A stretch of 64,000 nt of DNA from contig OZ037771.1 of NCBI GenBank assembly GCA_964035545.1, positions 3,607,628 to 3,671,627 of the forward strand. The letters are read 5' to 3'. The DNA comes from Bugula neritina (taxonomy: Eukaryota > Animalia > Bryozoa). The notes under the pieces are model-generated. The model ran no database searches, had not been told where the DNA came from, and saw nothing but the letters and a program-made list of their open reading frames with translations. The translations under genes and the position numbers were made by a program. Shown piece by piece: positions 24,312 through 37,600 of this stretch. The stretch's first letter is position 1. Every line of letters begins with the position of its first letter.

Positions 24312-26297
24312 ATGCTACTTAAATATGCAGTTTTTATATTGCTACTCTTGTGTGGTTTTACAAGTGTACAAAGTTGCTTAAGTACACTTTTAGGAAGAGC
24401 AGATGGTTCTTGTGAAGATTGGATTGAAACAAAAGGTTCAAGTAAGTATTTTAGAAAACTTTTGACAAGCTATGAATAATATAATTAACTTGTTATTTTG
24501 ACATTTACTTATAAAAATGTAGGCGCAGTCAGATAAAATGTTTCATTTATTACAGAAGTAGAGTGGGCACTGGAGACTAAACTGGTTGGACAACATTTGG
24601 CTGTAGATACAATAGTGAAATCTATAAATGGCCATTTCAAAGCTAATCAGAAAAAAGCTCTAGTGCTTTCTTTTCAAGGCTCCACAGGCACTGGAAAGAC
24701 TTTTGCTGCTCAAACTATTGTTAAAAACCTGTACAAAGAAAAACTGGAAAGCAAATATGTTCATTGGTTTAAGGGAACAGAACTATTTACAAGAGAAGAT
24801 AAAATAAAAGATTACCAGGTTTGTGTGTTCTTGTAAAAAACAATTATGATACAAGACAATAGATTTTTTTTCTGTCTTTATATATAATTGATGATAAACT
24901 TTTTCCTAAAAAAATTGTTGGGTGCAAAAGTATAAGAAATTGTAGGATTTATATTCTAACATGAAAAATGACATAATTAAAACAAAATGAATAGCGATTG
25001 CAAATGATACTAAATTAATGCTTAAATTAGGTAACTTTTATTTTTAATCATTATTTGTGTTATTGTTTTAACCATAATGTGTTATCTTGAATTTATTACT
25101 CAATATTATACTTATTTTCTAGGATCAGATCAGAGACTGGATTAAAGGGAATTTAACGCTATGTCCAAATCAAATATTCATTTTGGATGAAGTTGAGAAG
25201 ATGCCTGAAGGAGTCCTCGATGTTCTGAAGCCGTTTGTAGATTTCGCGGAACCAGTGGGAGGTGTTGAGTACAGGAAGGCTATCTACATCCTGTTGGGGT
25301 AAGCTGCCTATCACTGGATAATTGGGCACACTTTAATTTGAATGTATTAAAAATATCTGTATTCCTAAAATGCTGAGTAAAAATGAGCAATTTCAAAATG
25401 TATTACTTTTTTATAAAATTTGTCACTATAACCGACATTTTTTCTCGAGCTAACCATGTTTAAAAGACCATTTGCAATTAGATACATTTTTTGCACTATG
25501 CTTTACATCAGTCCATTACAATTTACTCAGAGTTCAGACAGATGGATTACAAAATTGGTAGGTACAGCTAGGTCAGTATAATGTAACACAAATTATATTA
25601 TATAATACCATTATGCATGTGTTTACAGAAATGCAGGCAGCAGCTTTCTCTATAAGGTAGCATTGGATCATTTTCTCGCTGGAGAAAATCGTGAAGGCCT
25701 CAAGTTATCCGACACAGAAACTGAACTGTGGAGGGAATCTTACTATGAGCAAGGTTGGTTGCAAACATTCAGTTATCAGTTAAGAGAGCTTGTACGTAAG
25801 AAAGTATTTCAACAGTTTGACAAAATACATAAGACTAGTCAAGAAGATTTATCGACATGTATTCGTAATAGGCTTATGCATGAGCATTTTCAATTTTTCA
25901 GAATTAGCATATAAAATCTATAAGGCCAAGCTATATGCATGAGCTATAGGCCTATATGCATTCATGAGTTTAAAGCTTATTGTTAAATGAATAGGTTCAT
26001 ACCGTATATTTTGGTTACTTAGGTGGACTAAAAAATTCTAGTCTGATTAAATCACATTTGATATCAGCACATGTGCCATTCTTACCTTTGGAAAGGAACC
26101 ATGTTATAAGATGTATACGTGAGGAGATTACCTCAAGAGGCATTATATCTAGAAAAACAATTGAGAAGGTAACTCAGCAAGTAATGAGTGAATTAACTTT
26201 TAAACCTTCAAAAGAAGAGCCAATTTATTCCTCTAGTGGATGTAAGCGAATATATGAGAAAGTTAATTTAGCTTTGGAAGATTTTGATATATACTAA
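24312..26297 (+). CDS. Torsin-family AAA+ ATPase, paralog 1
   Basis: Exons 24312-24441, 24556-24818, 25123-25298, 25629-25753, 26023-26297. Signal peptide, LVGQHLA, KALVLSFQGSTGTGKT (Walker A), IFILDEVEK (Walker B), LGNAG (sensor 1), VPFLPLE, YSSSGCKRI (torsin GCK sensor 2). Confidence 0.93.
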
Positions 26298-29200
26298 TTC
26301 CTATAAACATTTGTATTTTTCAATTTTTTTATCATATAATATTTTTTGTTTTGTACTATATATCCAAGACACTTATAGCCTATTATGATTCTGAAATCCA
26401 GTTTGCTTTTTTCTCTCGCTTCAACTGTTTATAAGCCAGATATTGCGGAGCACCCTTAATTGTAACCATGAAAAGTATTTAGCCTTTTTATCTCTATGCC
26501 CAACACTTTTACCGATTTCTTTAATATACCTCTTTCAAACCACTTTATAGACATAATGCTAATTTTAGTTACATTTAGTTGAGATTGAACAAAGATATAT
26601 GAGCATGAATTTTATACTCTGACTATTATTATGATAACATGAATGCTTAAACTCAAAACACAAAAACAATGCCCGCAGCTAATAAAATTATACCAAACTG
26701 CAAATTGAGTTGAAAATTTGACATCTATAGGCCTACTAACATTTTATATTTCTAATCTATTAAGTTTCTTTGTTTTATAAACTTCATAGCCTTAGCTATA
26801 TATTACATGATACTTTCAAAGCACTAAAACTTGTGGCCATAAAGAATCAATTTACTGGAGAGTGCAGATTTACAAACATAAAACATTTTCGCAAAACAGC
26901 TTTTGTGGAAGTAAATTCTTTTATGTGGTAAGCAATTTTTACTGAAGCTTGTATATTACTTATAATGCCAACAGTTTATAAGTAAACATCCATTTTGCAT
27001 CAGGAGAATGCAAACCTTCAGATGCTTTTAACTATTTTAATAAAACTCTCAAATATTGCAAAATATAGCAATCAAAACTGAGTTAGCTTTTTAAAGTGGG
27101 CATGATCAAATTAAGGCATTATTCAATATGGCTGAATTATATAGATGCTTAGAAATGACCTTGGTTATTTCAGAAGCTGTACATTTCATTGCTCACAACT
27201 ATACATTGAAATGTACATTGGTTGTTATTATTTAATTTTCTTCACTATAACCAATGACTGAATTATGAACACATTAATGCTGTACTACAATATAAAATTT
27301 CACCAGAAGATTAAAAGTTTATAACTAAAGTTTTCTTGGTTTATCACTGCTCAATGTTGCATAATCATTATTTATAAAACTTTCATAGCTTATCTATGTA
27401 CGTAAAGCATTTTTCCTATTGCCACAATTGTTAGCACCATATGACAAGCTGTCTTTTTCATGCTACATGTTTTCATGAATATAAAAAATCAAAGATTTTC
27501 TCATTGAAGCCACCCATTATATTCATATAGCTATACAGTAATTGTTAGAAGTTTACAACCATCACAATATAACTTCCAATAGCCATGGTGCTGCAAAAAG
27601 CCATCAGCAATCTCTGCTTTCCTATTCAGTATAATATAGTGCTCTAGCATTATGTGAAAGGCTATACATAATGCTGAAAATACTGCACCGTTACAAAGAA
27701 TTGGACTAGATAAAGCTTGTAATAACAAACATTCCCACAATGATGGGATTGTAATCATGTTTGAAAAACTGCAGCAGTAGGTTGAAGGGCTTTTATTATT
27801 CACATTTTAGCTATGCTCTAATTATAAGAATAAAAAATGAAAATAAGCAGCTCAATGAACTAAAACTCAATGGAGCAACAAGCTCATCACCCACAAGTCA
27901 GTTATGTAAAAGAATTAAAGCTACAATTTTTGAGAATTTCTTATGAGGGCGACCTTAATTGTGCTGTGTTGGTTCCCTGAATTGATAAAACTTCATTTTA
28001 CTTCATACAGGTTACAGACTTTCAGCCCACTTGTTAGTATAAGACAATTATGCAAATATCACAATCTTTAGGTTTTATATTAAACTTAAATAACTGAATT
28101 GAATATTAGTCAATATCACACGAGGGCAATGTGTAACACTAGTACTAATAATTAAATACAAATATAACTATTAAACGCACTTGGTAAATAACTATTTAAC
28201 TATTAACTGTTATGCGTAAAATCAAAATTGAGATCATGTTATATAAGCTTTCTCCTAAATTTGATATTATATAATATAATTATTTATATTATATATTTAT
28301 TTATAATAGTTTGATTCATATTATTTTATTCAGACATACAGATTTATGTTTATTGTTACTTATAACTGGCATACATACAACTTACTCTCACTCTTTAGTA
28401 CAATACAACGCAATATGATATAAAGCAATACAATACAGTGCAATATAATATTATAAAATATAACTATACAACACAGAGCAACTTAAAATATAATGCATTA
28501 CAATACAATACAGTGCAATGTAATATAATACTATACTATTCAACGCAGTGCAATACAAAATATAATACAATACAATACCTATAATACAATAATACACAAC
28601 ACGGTGCAAGACAATGAAACACATTACCATACAATACATGCAGTAATATAGTAATATTTTGGTATATATTATGGAGAACTTAATAAAAAGTCATTCTATT
28701 ACCAATATAAGTCACTTGATAACCTGTAATCTATTATAATACTAGCTGTAACAGTATGCCTATAGCTCTGTTGTGTGTGGCTTGAGATAATATCATATAT
28801 TAGCACCTACATTGTATCAATCAGCTAAACAGATACACTTTTAGTGACTGTGTATATGGCATTGCTATTAAATGCTCAGAGCTTCTTAAGTTTATAAAAA
28901 CAACCAATAGTTCAGTCCTTGAGCTGTTCTTTGATCAGTATTGCACCGTTCTCTATTTATTGATTTTTGATAAAATAGATCTTATGTTATTTTTCCATTG
29001 CTTGAAGTTGAACAAAGGTGCAGTGTTTGTTCATGTATGCGTTGGTTTCACATGACAGTATGTATTTCTTGCATTAGCACGTAAATTTTATTTGAATAAA
29101 AAAGGCTAACAATATCATTATTTAAATAGTTTAGAAGGAACAGACCATATATCATAGTTGAAACTGTACTCAGTCTATAAAAATTGTAACAACAAGTTAA

Positions 29201-31752
29201 AGCTGTAAGCTTGTGTAGTTTATCAATTTATCTCTCAAAGTGAATAATATCTATATTTTACACAACACAGTTACCAGTAAAACACACCAATGAAACAAAC
29301 TACCATATCAGTTAACACCATCAACTATCTATTATCGTTTGCATTACAAAGGGCTGATGCAAAAAAGTTAGCCAATCAATTTGTAGTGCCAATCTAGTGA
29401 GCATGACCTGTGTGCATATGATCAGTCAGGTTACAGTCTACAGCTTGAGCAAAACCTTCAGTGAAAACATGAAGCTTTGCTCTGTGCTCACCATAGTGTT
29501 ATTCATGTGTAGTTGCCCAGGTGCACACGGCTTCACAGGTAAACTTTTTAAAGCATTTTCCCCGACTCCCTTGTAAATTCTATGAATGCTGTGATGACAG
29601 ATGGATTCAACCAAACGCTGCTAGTGAGTATTTAATTTAATTTACAATATTATTCTTTAAAAGTTTGACAATTATAATGCTAATTTTAGTTTGTAATTTA
29701 CAATTTTAAGATACCTAGTATCTACGAACTAAAAAAAAAAAAATATTATATAGGTATAACAAATTAACACAAATGGAAGATATAACAATGTTGAGCAAGG
29801 TCTCAGCAAAAAGACTTGTTTTATTAGGGAATTACTAAAGGTTGTTTTAATAAAGCTCTCACTGTTATTTAATTCTCATGTAAATCGAAAACATTAGAGT
29901 GCATACAATATTTACAAAAACAACTAGCTACAAGCTTACAACTTACATAGTTTAAATGGTATAATATTTATTAAAAAATTAACACATAGTATATAATACA
30001 TGCAAATAATTATAATATATTAAGCAGTAAAGTAACTAAGAAAATGTCATTTTTGAAAGTATAATGTTGAATTTAAGTAAAACACAAAATAATATGTGGC
30101 AGTACCTCTACTCTCTTGACAAGCTTGCTATGTTTTAGAATTGGTAATTTTTCTTTAAAATGTTATGCACTATGTGATTGAAACTAGTATGTGTCACACA
30201 GCTTAGGGTGCATACATTAAGTAACTAATTTTGGGGTATGTTAAAGCTGAAACTGTTACTGTCATATCAAAATAGCAAAAACACTATTTCGAAGACGTCT
30301 GCAGAAAGGTTTAAGGCTAGTTCACATCTATTCTGATATAAAAGCTTTAAAAAGCCATCGACAAACTGGACTTTGGCATGCATGCCGTTATGTAATGATC
30401 TATAATCAGAGTAAATAGTATTGGAGGAAAAGCACTCTTGACCAGTGCCTTAAGTTTTTAAGAGGTACACTTGGTAGGAAGAGTAGTCTTCTCTACTTAC
30501 CAGAAATCTCTATAAAATTAGTTGGTGAGCAATATAAATCAGGGTGGACTGGATCAGCTACCTGTTCGAGGCTCTTCAGGAGTATGCTTGTACAAACTTT
30601 GACAGTGACACTCAATGATGAAATGCCTCTGTATAGTTACTGCAAGCGCCTCTCTCAACCCTAGAGAATTTCTGAAAGCTGTTTTATAATATACAAAGTA
30701 GTAACTGTTTTGTGTTTGAACCCTGTAGAACAGATTGGAAAGACCAGCATGTGTTCATCAAATAGTGTATAGCTGTTTGGCTAGGTTTAAGGCAGCTCTT
30801 GGAAGCTCTCTATGATCCTGTCCAAAAATATATAACAATAAATATAAATTGTGAAAAACCTATGTATTCCAAGACAAAACCTGAGATTTAATTTACGTTT
30901 ATTTAATTTTTTTTCTTATAAACACTGACAATTGCTGTGAATATGATACTGCAAATGGTATTTCGAAGTTTACTGATTAATAACTCAAGTAGTCAACTTA
31001 ACTTTGTAATTAATTACAGGTGTGAAACAGAGGCTGGAAGCTAATCTATTTGGACAACATTTGGCTATAAATACAATAGTAAAATCTATAAATAGCCATT
31101 TCAAAGCTAATCAGAAAAAGGCTCTTGTGATGTCTTTTCAAGGTGGCACAGGCACCGGAAAGACTTTTGCAGCTCAAACTATTGTCAGAACCTTGTACAC
31201 AAAACAGAATCAGAGTAAATTTGTTCATTGGTTTAGTGCAACGATGCATTTTTCAAGAGATAACTTGAAAATGAAATATCAGGTTTGTGTGTTTTTATAA
31301 AACAATTATTATATAATGTAGGTATTCTGTTGTTGATGTAGTGGTTTACTTTGGTGGTGAAATTTGGTTTTTAATGAAAATCCATTATTCAGCATGAAAC
31401 TATTTAAAGAAATGTAGGTTTTTTAGGTAAAAATAATTAATTAAATTGAAAACCAATGACTGAAAAATTGATACTGAATTGTTTGCTTTACTGTTATTCT
31501 TAACATTTATAGCTACAAGTGAATTTCTTATCTTAAATTTAATACTCAAAATTTTACTTATTTTTAGGATCAAATCAGAGACTGGATTGAAGGGAATTTA
31601 ACACTGTGTCCAAATCAGTTATTCGTCTTTGATAACATTGAGAAAATGCCTGAAGGAGTTCTTGATGTTTTGAAGCCGTTTGTAGATTTCACAGAACCAG
31701 TGAAAGGTGTTGAGTACAGAAAGGCTATCTACATCCTGTTGGGGTGAGCTGC

Positions 31753-31847
31753 TGTAAAATAATTGCCTCCAATGGGAATTGAACCCAAGTTCTCTGGCTT
31801 TCAAGCAAGTGTGCTACCATTACACCACAAAGGCTATTGAGTAAACA
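31753..31847 (-). mobile_element. tRNA-core TG...CA element (solo-LTR-like) with a ~10-bp internal deletion
   Basis: Flanked by gctgc at 31748-52 and 31848-52; same insertion site as the copies at 44276 and 49139. Confidence 0.7.
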
Positions 31848-32132
31848 GCTGCTTACTGACTTTTATTTACACTTTATTCAAATATACTTTAAGTATATTT
31901 AAATAGAGGCTGATTAAAAGCTAGTATTCGATCGTTTACTATTTGTTTAGAAAGGTCAACTTTTAAGATATAATCACCTTTGTTATAGCAAGTAAATGTC
32001 TGTTTATTCCACTTTTCGACTTTAAGGTATTATAAGTTTGCTTTTTAAGATTTGGAAATACACATTTTATGTTAAGTAGAAAGAAGTTAAAGTAGTCTCA
32101 TTGCTCTCATAGACTTGCCTATAGCACCATGG

Positions 32133-32232
32133 CTTGTAAAATTTTATGCCCCCACAAAGAATCAAACTACATTCCTTTAACTTGCAAGCCCTAGGGTGCT
32201 AACCGTTACACTATATAGAAACTAATCATAGC
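32133..32232 (-). mobile_element. Second, diverged tRNA-core element in torsin intron 3 (paralogous copies at ~44665-44765 and ~49530-49625)
   Basis: Begins tgtaaaa on +. On the minus strand the 44665 copy reads tagtgtaacggttagcaccctagggcttgcaagttaaaggactgtagttcgattcc (A box, TGC loop, B box). Confidence 0.55.
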
Positions 32233-34433
32233 GGCTATAGGGAGTTAAAAACATGACAAATATAAAAAATGAGTAAAAATTCTCATTTTAGTAATTAAGT
32301 GACATGTATTTTATAAAGAAACATAAAAGATGTATTTAAAAAGTTTATGGAAAGTTTATATGTTTCTTTAATTATATCATGTGCAAAATTTAGAACTGAT
32401 CTCATACTATTACATGTATAATATAATCATTCTATAAAGCACAGTAAACTAATGAAATCTCGATGAAAAAATTCAATTAAAAAGTTCCAATAGCTTACAT
32501 GTATATTATTTTATGGTATCTATAATCATAAAGTTGATGTACAACAAATGAATGACGTCCTAGGCTGTATTTAATTAATCATTTTGTGTTATGCATGAAC
32601 AGCACAGCATATTGGATATAAAAAGTCAAATGATCGCACAAGAAACTGCCATGGGATCCTCATTATCTCATTTGATTATAGGGTATGCTAGTGTTTTCGT
32701 TTGCATTATATCAAGACACATATCTTTGTCAGTCTGTAAACTGTGTTATAGGACAAATAGATAGTATAATGTGGTAATACAAAGCATGAATATGTTTAGA
32801 AATGCCGGCAGCAGTTTTCTCTATAACAAAGCATTAGATCATTTCAACTCTGGAGGAAAACGGAGAGATATCAAATTGTCTGATACAGAAACCGAACTGT
32901 GGAAAATGGCTTACAATGAGCAAGGTTAGTTGTAGTCTAGAAATAGCTATAAGTGAGTAAATACATAATTAGTGGAGTAAGTTTTAACTAACATTGATTG
33001 TTATCGTTATAAAAAGATTCACACGGTACACTTTTGTTACTTAGGTAGTCTGAAAAACTCCAGTCTGATTACATCACATTTGATATCAGCACACATTCCA
33101 TTTCTACCTTTGGAGAGGGACCATGCTATAAGATGTATACGTGAGGCGATTTACTCAAGAGGTATTACATCTGAAAAAATAATTGGGGAGATAACTGAGC
33201 AAGTGATGAGTGAACTAACTTTCAAACCTTCTAAAGAGCAGCCAATTTATTCAGCTAGTGGATGTAAGCGAATATATGAGAAAGTTTATTTAGCTTTGAA
33301 AGATTTTGATATATATTAATTCCCTTAAACATTTGTATACTAGATATAATATAATATAGTATATTATAATATAATATATTATAATACAATACATTATAAT
33401 AATTATCTTGAAAGTTTGTATTGAATACTTTCTAGTTATAAAATATTTGTTTAATCAACATGAGATAGTTATAGCCAGACATAGTTCTGAATTGCAGTAG
33501 TTTTACTTTTTTTAAATTATATATTTTGAACGTTTATAGACAAAATGTTGTTGTCTCTTAAAGTAACTAACTAAATGATATTCATAAAATGGTTCTTTTA
33601 TATCTCTTTACCTAAAACTATTCTCAATAGTCTATTATCAATATATTTCTTTCAACCCAATTTCATGATAATATCATTATTAGTGATCGAGATTTACCAA
33701 AATTGAATGATTAGAATCATAGAATGAATGCTTTAACTCAGAACACACAAACAATTGTGTTTGCAGCTCATATAATTATTCCAAGCTACACATGGGGCAT
33801 GACATCTTCCATCAATATCCATGCACGTGTTCTTGAATTATTAAATTCTCTCATCTCATAAATCTCCCAGCCTAAACTACAGCAAGTGACTTTCAAAGCA
33901 CAAAGAATATTTTGTGACTGAAAAGTTTATTTATTGCATATTCCACAAAAAGAAAATAACATAACAGTTATTGTGGAAGTCTTACTAAAAGTTAAACATT
34001 GCCTACCAACACTTGCACATCTCATACAATCATATATTCTATTTTCTTCATTATCCAAAACTGAATTATTGGCAAATTATTTTTAAGCAATACTATAATT
34101 TCAGAACTAGCCATCATTCTGATATCAAATTAATTATAAATCTTTATTTGCTAGATAACACACATTACCAACTTGGGTCACTGAATTAACAAAACTTTAC
34201 TTCACTTCACAGAAGTTACAGACTTTTAAGCTCAACTATATTATTATAAGACAATTATGCAAATATCATAATCTTTAGTGTGTTTGATTAAACAGAAATA
34301 ACTGGAGATTTTGATAGTAACTGACTTTGACATGATGCAATAGATAAGATCTACTAATCAACATCACCTGAGAGCAATGTACAACAGTTAGTGCTGCTAC
34401 CCTATGCTAGGAGAGCCTCCCCTGTTTACTCAA

Positions 34434-34631
34434 CTAAGTGTAATCTTTAGCAACGTCATACGTTGGCAAACCATACTTCTCAAGTACAAGGTCTTCTAGT
34501 GATTTCAGCACTTCAGCAGCTTTGTCCTTCACCTTAGTAATATCAAGGTTAACATCAGGAACAAGGATGCAAGGCATACCCGCTGCTACTGCAGCCTCTA
34601 CACTGTTAGAAGCATCTTCGAATACCAGAAC
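34434..34631 (-). pseudogene. Orphan duplicate of the PUDP terminal exon
   Basis: 198 nt with an intact ttttag acceptor and stop; [65 protein letters not shown]. No upstream PUDP exons were found nearby. Confidence 0.85.
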
Positions 34632-37600
34632 CTAAAAGCAGTCATGTAATGCACTAACATTATAGCCATAGTAATGGTATACAGTTGTAAGTCATCAAAT
34701 ATGAATTCAAATTGAGAAAGCAAAATATGCTACAGTTACAACACACATGCATACATACTATGGATAATCAAGGAACCTTTTATTACAAATTTATTGATAT
34801 AAAAGGAATTAAAAGTATTTAAAATTAAAAATTAAAAGTGGCATTCAAAATATAGATAGAGCAACCATGGAACTTTCTATATGCATGCTTTACTTTCCAA
34901 GACTACTGGCTTTGGCTAAAACAGTTAAGCTACTATATATAACAATTTCCAGTAAGGCAGCTAAGCAGCTGGTAGATAACCAATTTATGGTGGCAAAAAT
35001 ATAAATATAGCAATTAGCTATTTATATTTATGTTTAACTTTAGACCTGGACTTTGACGGCAATCTGCACTCTCTATTTATTAATTCTGGACAGCACCCTA
35101 TTCTAAATAAAGACAATCTTTTAGGTTGACCTATAAATAGTTATAAGATATAGTTATATAACTCCGAATTCCAAACCTGACTAAAGCACCTTAAAAACTC
35201 ATTAGTCAAGCAGCTTTAATAGTTACTCCAGCCTTAAATGAAAGTAGTTCATTCAGGAATGACTTTAGGCGCAACGAGTCAAGCAATAAGTTATGAACAG
35301 TTATTAAGATGAAAATTTAAAAACTAACTAACTCTACAACTGAATAAAAGTTGATAAATCATAGTTTTTTTAGCTAGCATTGTTATATAGCATTATATTT
35401 GTGAGCCGTACATGAAAAGGTATCTATTGTATGTGATAATCATATGCTAACCTAATCGAAGTACTGTATATTTTGCCAAACACAGTTTTAAATGAATTTC
35501 CATTATTTTAGTTACATATAACATATACTGGTAAATTCCAAATATAATATTATTTGATGAAGAATCTTTCAAGAGATCCATTGATGTATTAAGACTGGTC
35601 TAATGATCAGAGAGTACTTTAATAAATGTTGGTATTATAAAGTTTCCAAACCAACCCTGTTATTGAACCCATTCAATGCTACATAGTTCCTAATAACAGT
35701 CCAGACATTATTTCTTTCAATTATTAGCAAATTTACGTGTGACTCATTTAACCTTTTAACTTTTAACGCTTTATTCTACAAGGCTGCATCATCATTTTAG
35801 TATTTTGGTTTTGACTTAAAAGTTATTAGCTGGCTTTGTTGCTTTTCATTGATTCAGATTTAATGTCTATAGTGATCTATAAACTACTGAGGTGCATTTT
35901 TAACAATGCTTATATAAATCTTGAAGTAATTTGGTCTAAAGGTAAAACTTTAACATGGGCGGTATTGTTTGTACATTTACTGGGCGTAATCGCTCAATTA
36001 ACCTGCGTATAGACATAATACATGTATCGTGATCTGGGAAGGGTTAAGACATAAATTCAAATAAGTAAATTTAAATAATGCCCTAGTAGAATCAGTTACT
36101 CAGCTATTTTAGATGCATGCAGTTTTTAATAGAAATTTTGGAATTTTATACGGTAAGATAATGAAATGGTAAAAAATATTTCCTTTCTATTGAAAACAGC
36201 TAAGCTGCTGTTGTATATCTTGACATCATTAAAATAAACTGTGACTTTATAAACAAGCCAATCATTAAAAATTACGTTTCAACTTTATCTAAAAAATTGC
36301 CAACAAATTGGAATAATTAGTCTATTAAATCAGTTTGACTCACTATTGGTGTGATTCACATAATGTGTGTATATCAAATTTTTTTGTAAAACCAACAGTT
36401 TTAAGCCAATTTTTAAAAAACTGTTTAGTTATAATTTATGTATAACCATCAAATAATATTAATAATATATTTTGGTTCAAGCTGCTGGCAAAATTCATGT
36501 ATCAACTTGGTAACATCTGTGTTTGCAATGTTAGAATGGGGTATATGGGGTATATGTGGTTATTTTGTTAGAGCATAAAATTTTTGCCTAAGTTTGATGC
36601 AAAATACTAAAGTTTCAAAACTTTAGGCATCTGATAATTTGCAATATTAAAGTTAAACATATTCTTAATTGGCAACATTTCTTCTAAACTTCTCCAAATA
36701 ACCAGTACATAACCATGAATTTGCACCATGCACTTATTCGATCTTGAAAATATGGTACAATCTGAAACTTGCTCATAGCTTTATAAGCGTTCGTGTATAC
36801 GGTGTATAATCTGTATACTGGCTATAAATTATAAGCTAGGTGTACAATGGGTATTTGAACAAAGAAATTATTTCAATGCACAGTGTACTAGTAAGAAGTT
36901 ACTTAGGCGCACAAATAAAGCAACTTTTGCATAAAAGGAATAGCTTTCACTGAAAGGATTACGTCCAACAAGCCATTGTTTCAGGCTATACAGAGCATTG
37001 TTGGCTTTTAGTGCAAGCTAATACACTTTCTAAAATAACTTGTGGTAGAAAGACTTTCGAAGTGCCCCTCCACAGGGCTTTATTTAAAGATCTGAAAAAC
37101 ATGGAGATTCGCCAAAAATGCAGGTTAGACCACTAAACATATATTTGGTATCACTTACAGATGTAATAAGTTATCAGAAGCAACTTAATAGAAAATTATA
37201 ATAATAATCATAATGAAGAATTATATATACTCAAGTTTATCTTATAACTAACACTATGATCAGTGAGACTATAGTTATAAGGTGAACTTTAATTTATCAT
37301 CCTAGTACTACTAGTACTACTATAAGAGATGTAACTTAAAGTTAGATCAGTAGAACTATAGATATATTTAATTTTATTGTCTCAGTAGCTTTTAATTTAA
37401 AGCTAGAGGTCTCGCATCTCCCATGTTGAATTTAATTTTAAACTTTTAAACTTTAGAGTTAATAATAACATTAAAAATAATAATTGTATTATAGATGATA
37501 AATTGCAAATATTTGTAAACTTATGTTTTAAATAAATGTAATGTCAAGTTATTGCTAATCTAATGTATATAATCCTACATTGATTTTTAAAAGCATGTTA

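Larger units (their letters stand above)
29469..33319 (+). pseudogene. Torsin-family paralog 2 with a +1 frameshift in exon 1 and Walker-B DE->DN (pseudogene, or homopolymer assembly error)
   Basis: Exons 29469-29623 (155 nt versus 154 in paralog 4; ttttccccga versus ttgtcctgg gives TAA at 29574-76), 31020-31282, 31568-31743, 32800-32924, 33045-33319. Downstream exons are open and in phase. Motifs GGTGTGKT, FVFDNIEK, SGCKRI. Confidence 0.75.
28670..34820 (+). repeat. Segmental duplication unit A (torsin 2 plus PUDP last exon), paralogous to ~45910-52625
   Basis: Collinear, high-identity match from tatggagaact..ataaaaag through introns and 3' flank to gatataaaaggaatt.aaagtatt. Confidence 0.9.

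Noticed and set aside
26023-26075. Regained arginine finger in the GKT torsins
   Set aside because: The region equivalent to the ClpB-type arginine finger reads SSLIKSHLISAHVPF or similar in all copies, with no Arg at that position.
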